This document shows positions 19,021-28,148 of a stretch of DNA of 64,000 bases, piece after piece. Where the stretch lies: NCBI GenBank assembly GCA_937911745.1, contig CALDPX010000067.1:5721-69720 (forward strand). Reading direction: 5' to 3'. The notes under the pieces were generated by a model. The model had not been told where the DNA came from, ran no database searches, and saw nothing but the letters and a program-made list of their open reading frames with translations. Within the stretch, counting starts at the first letter, position 1. Each line of letters opens with the position of its first letter. A program made the position numbers and the translations under genes. This DNA comes from an uncultured Alistipes sp. (GTDB lineage Bacteria; Bacteroidota; Bacteroidia; Bacteroidales; Rikenellaceae).

Positions 19021-20586
19021 GTGCCCAAAACAATAAATTTAACTCTTTCGCCCAAGCAGGCAGCCTCCACCGAGGGGTGGCTCTCCATTGTGGTACGCAC
19101 TCTCGGCATACGCCGCGAGCAGGTGGCTCTTGCGCGAGTGGTAAAACGCTCTGTCGATGCACGTCATCGCACACCTCAGGTGCTGCTTACGGTCGAGGTA
19201 TTCATTGACAGCGAGCAGATGCCCGCTGAAATTCATTTCGACTATCCCGATGTAAACGGTAAAACGCCCGTTGTTATTGTGGGAGGCGGTCCTGCGGGAT
19301 TGTTTGCCGCACTGAGGCTCATAGAACTCGGACTGCGCCCCATACTTTTGGAGAGGGGCAAGGATGTGACCGAGCGCCGCAGGGATATTGCGCAAATTCA
19401 TCGCGGTGCAGGAGTTGATGCCGAGTCGAATTATGCCTTTGGCGAGGGCGGTGCGGGCACCTTCTCGGACGGCAAACTCTTCACTCGTTCCAAGAAACGT
19501 GGCGACTACAACCGCGCACTCCAAACCCTTGTTTTCCACGGAGCCTCGCCCGAGATACTCTATGAGGCACATCCGCACATAGGCACCGACCGACTGCCCA
19601 AAATCATCGAGCAGGTACGCAAAACCATACTCTCCTCGGGCGGAGAGATACACTTCGGAGCAAAGGTTACGGATATTGAGATAAGGGACAACAAAGCGGT
19701 AGGCGTATGGGTGGGCGACACTCTTGTGGAGGGTGCCGCAGTGGTGCTCGCAACGGGTCACTCGGCAGACGACATCTACGAAATGCTCCACCACAAAGGC
19801 GTACTCTTGGAGTCGAAGGCGTGGGCTATGGGCGTGAGGGTTGAGCACCCTCAGGAGGTCATTGACCGCATACAATACCACTCGGACGATATGCGCGAGT
19901 GGCTCCCCGCAGCCTCCTACACCCTCACCGCACAGGTGGGTGGCAGGGGTGTCTACTCGTTCTGTATGTGTCCGGGGGGCGTGATAGTTCCCGCAATGAC
20001 CGACTACCGAGAGTGTGTGGTAAATGGTATGAGTGCTTCGGCACGCTCCTCGCGTTGGGCAAATGCGGGTATCGTCACCGAAGTACGCCCCGAGGATTTC
20101 CCCCACCTCCAAGAAGAGTGGGGCGTGTTGGCAGGCTTGAAGTATCGCCAGCAGTTGGAACGCAGGGCAGCGGAGATTGTGGGTGGCGGCGGTACGGCAC
20201 CCGCACAAAGACTTTCGGACTTTGTGACGGGCAGACAATCTTTTGACCTGCCACGCACCTCCTATCTACCCAAAACTGTTCCGATGAAGGGCGAGGAGTG
20301 GCTACCCGACTATATTGCCGAGTCGCTGAGGGGAGGTTTTAGACAGTGGGGCTCCCGTATGAGGGGCTTTGTGGGCAACAATGCACAAATCATCGGCTTG
20401 GAGTCGCGCACCTCAACCCCTGTGCGCATACCTCGCGACAAGGAGAGCCTTATGCACCCCGTTGTGGAGGGTTTGTACCCCACGGGCGAAGGTGCAGGCT
20501 ATGCCGGTGGCATCATCTCGGCAGCCCTCGATGGCACTCGTGTGGCAGAGAAGATTGCCCAAAAGCACACAAAAGGAGGACAATAG
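19021..20586 (+). CDS. NAD(P)/FAD-dependent oxidoreductase (uncharacterised FAD-binding protein)
   Basis: GGGPAG, FGEGGAGTFSDGKL, HPHIGTD, FCMCPGG, GEGAGYAGGI. GTG at 19021 preferred because a -7 box covers 18995-19002. Confidence 0.9.
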   Translation: MPKTINLTLSPKQAASTEGWLSIVVRTLGIRREQVALARVVKRSVDARHRTPQVLLTVEVFIDSEQMPAEIHFDYPDVNGKTPVVIVGGGPAGLFAALRLIELGLRPILLERGKDVTERRRDIAQIHRGAGVDAESNYAFGEGGAGTFSDGKLFTRSKKRGDYNRALQTLVFHGASPEILYEAHPHIGTDRLPKIIEQVRKTILSSGGEIHFGAKVTDIEIRDNKAVGVWVGDTLVEGAAVVLATGHSADDIYEMLHHKGVLLESKAWAMGVRVEHPQEVIDRIQYHSDDMREWLPAASYTLTAQVGGRGVYSFCMCPGGVIVPAMTDYRECVVNGMSASARSSRWANAGIVTEVRPEDFPHLQEEWGVLAGLKYRQQLERRAAEIVGGGGTAPAQRLSDFVTGRQSFDLPRTSYLPKTVPMKGEEWLPDYIAESLRGGFRQWGSRMRGFVGNNAQIIGLESRTSTPVRIPRDKESLMHPVVEGLYPTGEGAGYAGGIISAALDGTRVAEKIAQKHTKGGQ

Positions 20587-20649
20587 TGTGCAACTATCGA
20601 GTTTTATTCGTATATTTGTAGATACATTATTTCGACCAACCTCTTTTTT

Positions 20650-21489
20650 ATGAAACGTATAGCAGCAATAACGATGGTTCGCAATGACGAGTTCTACCTG
20701 CGCAAGTGGGTAGAGTACTACGGCAGAGAACTCGGCAAGGAGAACCTCTACATCTTCTTTGACGGCACCGACCAGAGGATTCCCGACTTCTGCGAGGGTA
20801 CAACCTCACGCCTCAGGGAACGCAACCCTCAGCACGTTGTAAAGGCAGAGAAAGACCGCCTCGGATTCCTATCCGAGCAGGCGGCAATTCTTATGCGCAA
20901 CGAGGGCTACGACCTTGTCATCGGTACCGATGCCGACGAGTTCTTGGTTGTAGACCCGAAAGTTGGCACCCCTCTGGCAGAGTATTTGAGTGGGCTCAAA
21001 ATACGCACAAGTGTTTCGGCATTGGGCATAGATGTAGGACAGCACCTGGAAACAGAGGGTGTTATTGACGGTTCGCGTCCCTTCTTGGAGCAACGCCACA
21101 ACGCCTATATATGTTCGCGCTACACCAAACCATCGGTCATAGCACGTCCCGTACGCTGGGGCTCGGGCTTCCACCGTGTCAAAGGTCACGATTTCCGCAT
21201 AGACCGCAACCTCTTCCTCTTCCACTTCGGAAGTGTCGATTTGAAGATGATAGAGGATAGGATGGGTAATATGGACTTGGTGTCGACAGGCAGGCTCAAA
21301 CACATCCAGAAGAGGGCTCGCACAATCTATCTTGTGACAGCAGCCAAAGCAAGGGAGTGGGAGCGCACCACCCGCCTGTTGCGCCTCATACACCAGTGGG
21401 TACGCCCCATATGGGCAATCAACAAGCCCTGGAACACTATCCGCAAATACGTTGTCCGCATCCCCGAGAGGTTTTCCAAAATAGTATAA
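20650..21489 (+). CDS. Glycosyltransferase family 2-like (GT-A fold)
   Basis: TMVRND...W..YY, DG.D, DADEF (DxD), YTKP, GFH; own TATATTTG box at 20611-20618. Confidence 0.8.
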   Translation: MKRIAAITMVRNDEFYLRKWVEYYGRELGKENLYIFFDGTDQRIPDFCEGTTSRLRERNPQHVVKAEKDRLGFLSEQAAILMRNEGYDLVIGTDADEFLVVDPKVGTPLAEYLSGLKIRTSVSALGIDVGQHLETEGVIDGSRPFLEQRHNAYICSRYTKPSVIARPVRWGSGFHRVKGHDFRIDRNLFLFHFGSVDLKMIEDRMGNMDLVSTGRLKHIQKRARTIYLVTAAKAREWERTTRLLRLIHQWVRPIWAINKPWNTIRKYVVRIPERFSKIV

Positions 21490-21502
21490 AAAACGAAGGA
21501 TT

Positions 21503-22474
21503 ATGAGAGAGGAAGTAGATGTTGTTATTGCCTGGGTTGATGGCGACGACCCCGCACACCGAGCCAAACGCCTCCAATATGGCGGTAAGGTGGCAACCAC
21601 TCACAACGATGTAGGAGGAGATATGCGCTATCGTGCCACGGGCGAGATATACTTCTGTGTGGCTTCCATCTTGCGCTACGCACCTTGGGTGAGGAAAATT
21701 TGGATTGTCACCGACAACCAAGACCCCAAGGTGGACGAGTTTGTGGCTCGCAACTTCCCCGACAACAAGATACCCTTCGAGATTGTCGACCACAAGGTGC
21801 TATTCAGGGGCTACGAGCAATACCTCCCTACCTTCAACTCACTTGCCATATCGACCTTGTTGTGGCGCATACCCGGACTTGCCGACCGCTACCTCTACTT
21901 CAACGACGATGTCTTTTTGGCTGCACCTGCCGAGCCAGAGATGTGGTTCGAGGGCGAGAGCACAACACTCTATGCCCGCAAGGTGCCCGCATTTGCCGCA
22001 CGCTTTCTGCGTTGGGCTAAGCACTTGGGCAAAAAACACAAAATTTTCGGTCATAAAGACCCTATGCTCAATGCGGCAGACCTGCTCCACTCGGGCTATT
22101 TCTTCCTCTTCCCTCACGCCCCTGTGCCTATGCGCAGGAGTTGGTATGAGAGGTTCTTTGGCGAGCACCCCGCCCTTTTGGAGAGCAACATCTGCCACCG
22201 CTTCCGCGAGCCTTCGCAGTTCTCCTCGCCTACGCTTTTCTATGTGAGTGCCTACCGCGAGGGATTGCTCAGACTGCTCCCCTCGAAGGGTACGACCTGC
22301 TTCTTCAAACCCTCGGTGGAGAAGAGGGGAGGTTATATGGCACGCAAAATTGCCGAGGCAGATGGCAACCGCGACTTGAAGTTCGGCTGCATCAACTCAC
22401 TTGGCGAGACCACCATAGAGGAGCAAGAGATGTTCCAACGCTGGATAACCGCAAAACTCAACATAACACTCTAA
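21503..22474 (+). CDS. Stealth family hexose-1-phosphate transferase
   Basis: CR1 DVVIAWVDGDDP; CR2 RY...E......S...APW.R.I.IVT..Q, LPTFNS, IPGL...YLYFNDD; CR3 HAP.P; CR4 CIN. Confidence 0.93.
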   Translation: MREEVDVVIAWVDGDDPAHRAKRLQYGGKVATTHNDVGGDMRYRATGEIYFCVASILRYAPWVRKIWIVTDNQDPKVDEFVARNFPDNKIPFEIVDHKVLFRGYEQYLPTFNSLAISTLLWRIPGLADRYLYFNDDVFLAAPAEPEMWFEGESTTLYARKVPAFAARFLRWAKHLGKKHKIFGHKDPMLNAADLLHSGYFFLFPHAPVPMRRSWYERFFGEHPALLESNICHRFREPSQFSSPTLFYVSAYREGLLRLLPSKGTTCFFKPSVEKRGGYMARKIAEADGNRDLKFGCINSLGETTIEEQEMFQRWITAKLNITL

Positions 22475-22487
22475 CACACGCATAGCA

Positions 22488-23471
22488 ATGCAACCAAAAC
22501 AACCGACCATATCGGTCATCATCCCCGTCTACAACGCCGAGCATACGCTTGACAGGTGTATAGAGAGTGTCTTGGCACAGAGTTTTACCGATTGGGAGTT
22601 GGTGCTTGTGAATGATGGCAGCAAAGATGCAAGTGGTGAGATTTGTGACCGATATGCAGCCTCTGACGGGCGAGTGAGAGTCATACACAAACCCAACGAG
22701 GGCGTGGCTGCTACCCGCAAGAGAGGTATTGAGGCTGCCAAGGGCGAGTACTCCATACAGATAGACTCCGACGATTGGGTGGAACCTACAATGTTGGAGG
22801 AGTTATACACAATAGCCCAAAGGGAGAGTGCCGATGTGGTAATTTGCGACTTCTACTACGACTACCAAGGGCGCAAACCCTTGAAGCGAAGGGGACAGAA
22901 ACCTCTCAACCTCAACAGTAGGAGCGTGCTGTCCGAGATGCTCGAATATCGCCGCATAAGTCCAAGTTTGGCTAATAAACTTGTGCGCCACGAGTGCTAT
23001 ACCAAATATAAAGTGGACATACCTTCCGACATCTCGCACGGCGAAGACTTTTTTGTCTGCTTCTCGCTATTTCGCAACCCCGATGTGAAGATTGCCTACC
23101 AACCCGAGGCATACTACCACTATCTGCAAGATGCCAATAGTTCTTCGCTCACCCACACCTACTCGGCGAGGGATTTTGAGCGCGAGAGTAACCTCAAAAG
23201 ACACTGCTTGGAGTTGATGAAGGGCGACGAGTTCTACGCGCGTGTGGAGGAGCGTATGATACACAACATTGTGCGCAGGGCGTTCAATGGCGGTGTTTTC
23301 TCCTCGAAGGAGTTCAAGGAGCGCACCTACGCCTACCGCCACAGCATCCTCCACAACCACCACATCGCTTGGCACCGCCGCTGGCGACTCTACCTTGCGT
23401 GCATCGGCTACTACCGCCTGATGTATGGCTATAAATCGGTGGGCAAACTATTCAAAAAGAGAAACCAATAA
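22488..23471 (+). CDS. Glycosyltransferase family 2
   Basis: SVIIPVYN, LVNDGS.D, N.GV...R..G, IDSDD, GED. Confidence 0.93.
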   Translation: MQPKQPTISVIIPVYNAEHTLDRCIESVLAQSFTDWELVLVNDGSKDASGEICDRYAASDGRVRVIHKPNEGVAATRKRGIEAAKGEYSIQIDSDDWVEPTMLEELYTIAQRESADVVICDFYYDYQGRKPLKRRGQKPLNLNSRSVLSEMLEYRRISPSLANKLVRHECYTKYKVDIPSDISHGEDFFVCFSLFRNPDVKIAYQPEAYYHYLQDANSSSLTHTYSARDFERESNLKRHCLELMKGDEFYARVEERMIHNIVRRAFNGGVFSSKEFKERTYAYRHSILHNHHIAWHRRWRLYLACIGYYRLMYGYKSVGKLFKKRNQ

Positions 23472-23477
23472 GAGAGT

Positions 23478-24101
23478 ATGAATCCGGAAATTATCTCAAA
23501 ATACTTCACCCTCACTCCCGAACAACAGAGCCGTTTTAATGCTCTTGGTGCGCTCTACGAGGAGTGGAACGCCAAGATAAACGTCATTTCGCGCAAGGAT
23601 ATAGACGAACTCTATGTGCGCCACGTTCTGCACTCTCTCGCCATCGCCAAAGTCTGCACTTTCGAGGCGGGTGCAAGGGTTGTCGATATTGGCTGCGGAG
23701 GGGGCTTTCCTACTATACCGTTGGCTATTATGTTCCCCGAAGTGGAGTTTACGGCTGTGGACTCCATAGGCAAGAAGATTACGGTTGTGAGGGAGATAGC
23801 CTCGGCTTTGGGATTGCAGAATGTCACGCCCGTAAACGCCCGCATAGAGGCTGTGAAGGGGGAGTTTGACTATGTTGTGAGCCGTGCCGTTACGGATATG
23901 AAAACCCTCAAAGGCTGGGCACTACCCAAACTCCGCACGGGACAGAGAGGCTCGCTGCCCAACGGAATGTTGGTCTTGAAGGGTGGCGACCTTGCGGAGG
24001 AGATTGCCACTGCACGCCTCAGGTGCGACATACACCGCATCAGCGACCTCTTCGAGGAGGAGTTTTTCTACACAAAACAAGTAATTTACGCAAGGCGATA
24101 G
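23478..24101 (+). CDS. rsmG: 16S rRNA m7G527 methyltransferase
   Basis: WN.KINVISRKD, H.LHSL, DIGCGGGFP, SRAV, LKGG. Confidence 0.96.
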   Translation: MNPEIISKYFTLTPEQQSRFNALGALYEEWNAKINVISRKDIDELYVRHVLHSLAIAKVCTFEAGARVVDIGCGGGFPTIPLAIMFPEVEFTAVDSIGKKITVVREIASALGLQNVTPVNARIEAVKGEFDYVVSRAVTDMKTLKGWALPKLRTGQRGSLPNGMLVLKGGDLAEEIATARLRCDIHRISDLFEEEFFYTKQVIYARR

Positions 24102-24126
24102 GGTGCAAAAAGGGCTCAAAAACAAT

Positions 24127-24173
24127 AATTTTGAATTTTGAATTTTGAATTTTGAATTTAATGTGTATCTTTG
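24127..24173 (+). promoter_or_regulatory. rpmH promoter: four AATTTTG heptamers followed by TATCTTTG
   Basis: -7 box at 24166-24173; TTTG ending at 24147 gives an 18-nt spacer, the same as at rplS. Confidence 0.7.
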
Positions 24174-24219
24174 CAGTCCGAAAATTACGAAAAAACTGAT
24201 AAATAATTAAAATAGCGCT

Positions 24220-24375
24220 ATGAAAAGGACTTATCAACCTTCAAAGAGGAAAAGAATCAACAAACACGGCTTCCGCGCTCGTATGGCTACCGTGAACGGT
24301 CGCAAAGTACTTGCTGCTCGCCGCGCAAAAGGTCGTAAGAAACTCACCGTTTCGGACGAGTTGCGCAACAAATAG
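24220..24375 (+). CDS. rpmH: 50S ribosomal protein L34
   Basis: Below the track cutoff; manual translation [51 protein letters not shown]. Confidence 0.98.
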   Translation: MKRTYQPSKRKRINKHGFRARMATVNGRKVLAARRAKGRKKLTVSDELRNK

Positions 24376-24447
24376 TCGAGAGGACTAAGACGTTGATTCG
24401 CTGCCTCGGATGGTGACAAGGTCACCCGCTCTGGTAGGCAGAACAAG

Positions 24448-24479
24448 AAAAACCACATCGGACGCGATGTGGTTTTTTT
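24448..24479 (+). terminator. Intrinsic terminator after rpmH
   Basis: AAAAACCACATCG-GACG-CGATGTGGTTTTTTT. Confidence 0.8.
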
Positions 24480-24506
24480 GTTGCTTGTGAGTCGACAATC
24501 TACAAT

Positions 24507-24610
24507 CCTCCCAAAACCCTCCTTTGAAAGGAGGGCTTCGAAGGTCGCGGATTCGAGTATCAGACATCTAATAGTAAGTCCTCCCCTACGAGAGGGGAGG
24601 ATTTAGGAGG
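24507..24610. repeat. Inverted doublet of purine/pyrimidine hairpins (REPIN-like)
   Basis: CCTCCCAAAACCCTCCTTTGAAAGGAGGGCTT; the second copy on the minus strand reads CCTCCTAAATCCTCCCCTCTCGTAGGGGAGGACTT. Confidence 0.55.
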
Positions 24611-24636
24611 GGTGGTCGAATAATAGATGCCGAAAC

Positions 24637-24690
24637 TTCGGCTCAAAACAAAAGGGAAGCACAAATGCTTCCCTTTTGTTTTGAGCCGAA
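24637..24690 (-). terminator. Perfect 25-bp inverted repeat downstream of, and overlapping, the tRNA 3' end
   Basis: TTCGGCTCAAAACAAAAGGGAAGCA-CAAA-TGCTTCCCTTTTGTTTTGAGCCGAA. Confidence 0.75.
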
Positions 24691-24756
24691 AGCGGGACTC
24701 GAACCCGCGACCTTTTCATTACGAGTGAAACGCTCTACCACCTGAGCTATTTCGGC
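24684..24756 (-). tRNA. tRNA-Thr (anticodon CGT), CCA not encoded
   Basis: GCCGAAA acceptor stem, TAGCTCAGGTGGTAGAGC D-arm, TTTCA-CTCGTAA-TGAAA anticodon arm, GGTTCGAGTCC T-arm; 73 nt. Confidence 0.97.
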
Positions 24757-24792
24757 ACCTTCCGCCGATGTCGAATTCGGCTTTATCGGGCG

Positions 24793-24840
24793 CAAAGATA
24801 CTACGGGGAATTCAAAATGCAAAATGCAAAACGCAAAATT
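24793..24840 (-). promoter_or_regulatory. tRNA-Thr promoter with a TTTTGCA-type heptamer array
   Basis: TATCTTTG (-) at 24793-24800; four TTTG units at 7-nt spacing, one at a 19-nt spacer. Confidence 0.7.
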
Positions 24841-24999
24841 ATCGCTCGGCATACGCCTTCGAAGGCGAGCCGAAGGGTGGTTTTTGGGGCTTGGCGTTGC
24901 ATCGGGAGCAAAAATGTTGTATCTTCGTGCCACATTGTGGCGACAAAAAGCGCAACATGCACACACAAAAAAGGGCAAAAACAAAAACAATAAATTCTT

Positions 25000-26484
25000 A
25001 TGATTACCTTCATTATTTGCCTTGTGGCACTCGTGGCAGCCTACTTCCTCTATGGCAAGTATCTCGACCGTGTGGCTGGTATTCGCAACACCACCGAGGT
25101 GCCCTCAAAGACTATGTACGACGGCGTGGATTACATCCCTATGCCTCGTTGGAAAACCTTTCTTATTCAGCTGCTTAACATTGCCGGATTAGGTCCCATC
25201 TTTGGCGCACTTCTCGGCGCGGCGTATGGTCCTGTGGCTTTCGTGTGGATTACCCTCGGAGGTATCTTCTTCGGTGCTATGCACGACTATTTCTCGGGTG
25301 TCATTTCGCTCCGCAATGGCGGACTCAGCCTTCCCGAGATTGTGGGCAAATATCTCGGAGGAGGTCCCAAAGCGGTTATGCGTTGGTTTTCGCTGGCGTT
25401 GATGATTTTGGTCGGTGCGGTATTTATGTCGCAGCCTGCCGAGTTGATTGCCGAGCGCATCTCCTCGCCTGCGCTCTCTGATGTTGCATTCCAGAGCCCC
25501 GCAGGTCACACATTCAGCACCCTTTTAATAATCATCCTTGCGGCTATTCTCGTCTACTACATCATAGCAACCCTACTCCCCATCGACAAAATCATCGGCA
25601 AGATATATCCCGTCTTTGGAGGTCTGCTGATATTTATGGCATTGGGTATCCTCTGGGCTCTCTTTACCGAGTACGGCTCGGCTATCCCCGAGTTTAGCGG
25701 TTTCAAGAATATGAAGGCTGACGCCGAGCGTTTCCCGCTTGTGCCGATGCTCTTCACGACCATTGCGTGTGGTGCCATCAGCGGTTTCCACGCCACCCAA
25801 TCGCCACTTATGGCTCGCTGTATGCGCAACGAGAACGAGAGCCGAGTTGTATTCTACGGTGCTATGATATCCGAGAGCGTTATCGCCCTCATTTGGGCTG
25901 CTATCGGTATGGCATTCTGGGGCGGTGTAGAGGGTTTGAACGGAGCCATCGGAGAGTATGGTGGCAAGGCGGCTGTGTTGGTAGACAAGATAGCCACCTC
26001 AACACTCGGCAACACCATCGCCTACTTCGTGATTTTTGGTGTTGTGGCGTGTGCCATTACCTCGGGCGACACTGCATTCCGTAGCGCAAGGCTCATTGCG
26101 GCAGATATGTTCGGCGTGGAGCAGAAGAGCATCGCCAAACGCCTTTGGATATGCTTCCCTATCTTCGCTCTGGGCTTGGCTATCATCCTGCTGCTCCCCT
26201 TCGGCACCATTTGGAGTTACTTTGCGTGGGCAAATCAGGCTCTGGCTGTATTCACACTTTGGACCATCTGCGTATGGCTACACGAGAGGGGCAAGAGCAT
26301 TTGGATTGCGCTTGTACCTGCACTCGTAATGACCTACGTTTGTGCAAGTTACATCTTTGTTTCGCCCCTTATGTTCGGTATGTCGAACCGCCTTGTAGCA
26401 TACCTGCTTGGTGGTGTGCTGACGCTCGTCATAGCCTACTATATGGTGCGTAAAATCTACACTTATGGCAAGAAACTCTCTTAA
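25000..26484 (+). CDS. cstA: Carbon starvation protein A family transporter
   Basis: DGVDYIP, IAGLGPIFGA, GAMHDY, TIACGAISGFHATQSP, AITSGDTAFRSARL, FAWANQ. Confidence 0.95.
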   Translation: MITFIICLVALVAAYFLYGKYLDRVAGIRNTTEVPSKTMYDGVDYIPMPRWKTFLIQLLNIAGLGPIFGALLGAAYGPVAFVWITLGGIFFGAMHDYFSGVISLRNGGLSLPEIVGKYLGGGPKAVMRWFSLALMILVGAVFMSQPAELIAERISSPALSDVAFQSPAGHTFSTLLIIILAAILVYYIIATLLPIDKIIGKIYPVFGGLLIFMALGILWALFTEYGSAIPEFSGFKNMKADAERFPLVPMLFTTIACGAISGFHATQSPLMARCMRNENESRVVFYGAMISESVIALIWAAIGMAFWGGVEGLNGAIGEYGGKAAVLVDKIATSTLGNTIAYFVIFGVVACAITSGDTAFRSARLIAADMFGVEQKSIAKRLWICFPIFALGLAIILLLPFGTIWSYFAWANQALAVFTLWTICVWLHERGKSIWIALVPALVMTYVCASYIFVSPLMFGMSNRLVAYLLGGVLTLVIAYYMVRKIYTYGKKLS

Positions 26485-27172
26485 ACCAACCCTCGCTCAG
26501 AACTTCCGTATCTCTCTCAACAAGGACGCCAAAGGCTCCGATCCCGACTTCTCTGCCGCACTCGCCCGCTCGCACAAGGCGGAGCAGGAGGGACGTTGGG
26601 AGGAGGCGTGCGAGATACGCTTTGCGGCTGTGCAGCACCTTGTGGAGTTGTTTCCCGAGGACGAACAGATAGAACTCGATTGGGAGGACCACTACACCCG
26701 TGATGCTGTGGTGTTGCTCTACTCCTCGGCAGTGGATTTCTTCCTTGTGGGCGATTGGGAGATGGCTGCGGCACAGTTGGAGATGGTGCTCGACATTGAT
26801 AGTGACGACCACTTGGAGGCTACCACGCTCCTCGCCTTTGTATATGTGGCTATGGAGGAGTGGGAGTCGCTCGACGACCTGCTGCCCGACCTCGACGACA
26901 AGAGCCCCGAAAAGGCTCTGGTGGTGCTATGGAGTGAATTTCTGCGCAATGGCACTATTAATAAAGATGTGGTGGCAACGCTCCGTCGCTTCCACCCACA
27001 CTACCTTAGGGAATGGTGCGCCACCGACCACCCTACAGATGAGCATTACTTGGCAGATGTCGCCTCCGACCGCCCCTCGAAAGAGGCTCTCGCCCGCGAA
27101 CTGTGGCTCCAAACCGAACACCTATGGCGTGCAAACAGCAACTTCATAGAGGAGTTGAGGTCTGGGAGTTAA
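26465..27172 (+). CDS. Hypothetical acidic helical-repeat (TPR-like) protein
   Basis: 235-aa ORF with host-like codon use overlapping the cstA stop; TPR-like helix pair GDWEMAAAQLEMVLDIDSDDH. Confidence 0.7.
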   Translation: MARNSLKPTLAQNFRISLNKDAKGSDPDFSAALARSHKAEQEGRWEEACEIRFAAVQHLVELFPEDEQIELDWEDHYTRDAVVLLYSSAVDFFLVGDWEMAAAQLEMVLDIDSDDHLEATTLLAFVYVAMEEWESLDDLLPDLDDKSPEKALVVLWSEFLRNGTINKDVVATLRRFHPHYLREWCATDHPTDEHYLADVASDRPSKEALARELWLQTEHLWRANSNFIEELRSGS

Positions 27173-27273
27173 GGGCACTTCTCTCCCTTAAAGAGAGAAG
27201 AGTATAAGTTTTGCTTATATTATCATCAAATAATATAATCCGACAAAAGAGTACCAATTCACAAATTTTGCAC

Positions 27274-27281
27274 TATCTTTG
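27274..27281 (+). promoter_or_regulatory. Ferritin -7 box
   Basis: TATCTTTG ending 43 nt before the ATG. Confidence 0.65.
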
Positions 27282-27324
27282 TAATACAGAAAAACGATAA
27301 TTAACCAAAAAACACGAACACAAT

Positions 27325-27858
27325 ATGAAAAAGAACATTAGTGACCGCCTTGTAGCGGCTATTAACGACCAAATTAACGCCGAGTTGTGGTCGGCATATC
27401 TCTACCTTTCGATGTCGATGGACCAAGAAGCCAAGGGCAACAAAGGCTTTGCAAATTGGTTTTTCATTCAGTTCCAAGAGGAGCAAGATCACGCACGCAT
27501 ATTTATGAATATGCTCAATTCGCGCGGTGCTGAGGTTAAATTGCAGCCCATTGCCGCCGTGGATACCGAGTGGGCAACACCCCTGGCTGCGTGGGAGAAA
27601 ACCTTGGAGCATGAGCAGGTGGTAACAGCTCGCATCAACAACCTTATGGCTATTGCCAAAGAGGAGCAGGATTACGCCTCGGAAAGCACCCTCAAATGGT
27701 TCGTAGACGAGCAGGTAGAGGAAGAGGAGAGCGCCCGAGACATTATCGATATTTTGGAGAAAATCGGTGATAACAAGTATGGCTTGTACGAGTACGACAA
27801 GGAACTCGCAGCAAGGGTGTATAGCGTACCTTCGCCCCTGGCAACCACAGCAGAGTAA
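27325..27858 (+). CDS. ftnA: Non-heme ferritin
   Basis: QINAELWSAYLYLSMS, EE..HA, EHE..VT, WFVDEQVEEE ferroxidase residues. Confidence 0.95.
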   Translation: MKKNISDRLVAAINDQINAELWSAYLYLSMSMDQEAKGNKGFANWFFIQFQEEQDHARIFMNMLNSRGAEVKLQPIAAVDTEWATPLAAWEKTLEHEQVVTARINNLMAIAKEEQDYASESTLKWFVDEQVEEEESARDIIDILEKIGDNKYGLYEYDKELAARVYSVPSPLATTAE

Positions 27859-27883
27859 TCGCGACTTATTGTAAAAACAACAG

Positions 27884-27911
27884 AGCGGCTCCGCATTTGT
27901 GCGGGGCCGCT
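27884..27911. terminator. GC hairpin after ferritin (short relative of the REP-like family)
   Basis: AGCGGCTCCGCA-TTTG-TGCGGGGCCGCT. Confidence 0.55.
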
Positions 27912-28062
27912 TATATTATGGAGCAAAATCATACAGACCTCTCTCGCTTTCGGCTTCCATCCATAAATTCCTCCTCTGACAAAAAGAAGGGACTTGGTCA
28001 AAGAGCATCAAAAGTCCCCCACCCCAAAAAAACGCAGACGAGCGAGCGGATTTTAGGCGCAC

Positions 28063-28110
28063 AAGAAAATCCCCTCCGCACTTTACTCATCGTAAATGCG
28101 GAGGGGATTT
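28063..28110 (+). repeat. REP-like hairpin family, copy 3
   Basis: AAGAAAATCCCCTCCGCACTTTAC-TCATC-GTAAATGCGGAGGGGATTT. Confidence 0.7.
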
Positions 28111-28148
28111 ATCGCAGTGCAACGCCAGAGGCGCTGCTTATATGCGTT

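Noticed and set aside
24376..24690. Integrated element at tRNA-Thr
   Set aside because: Only about 300 bp separate the tRNA from rpmH; no integrase, and only a 7-nt duplication of the 3' end.
24929..24941. GCCACA-T-TGTGGC palindrome upstream of cstA
   Set aside because: A 6-bp arm in a single instance is too weak to call an operator without comparative data.
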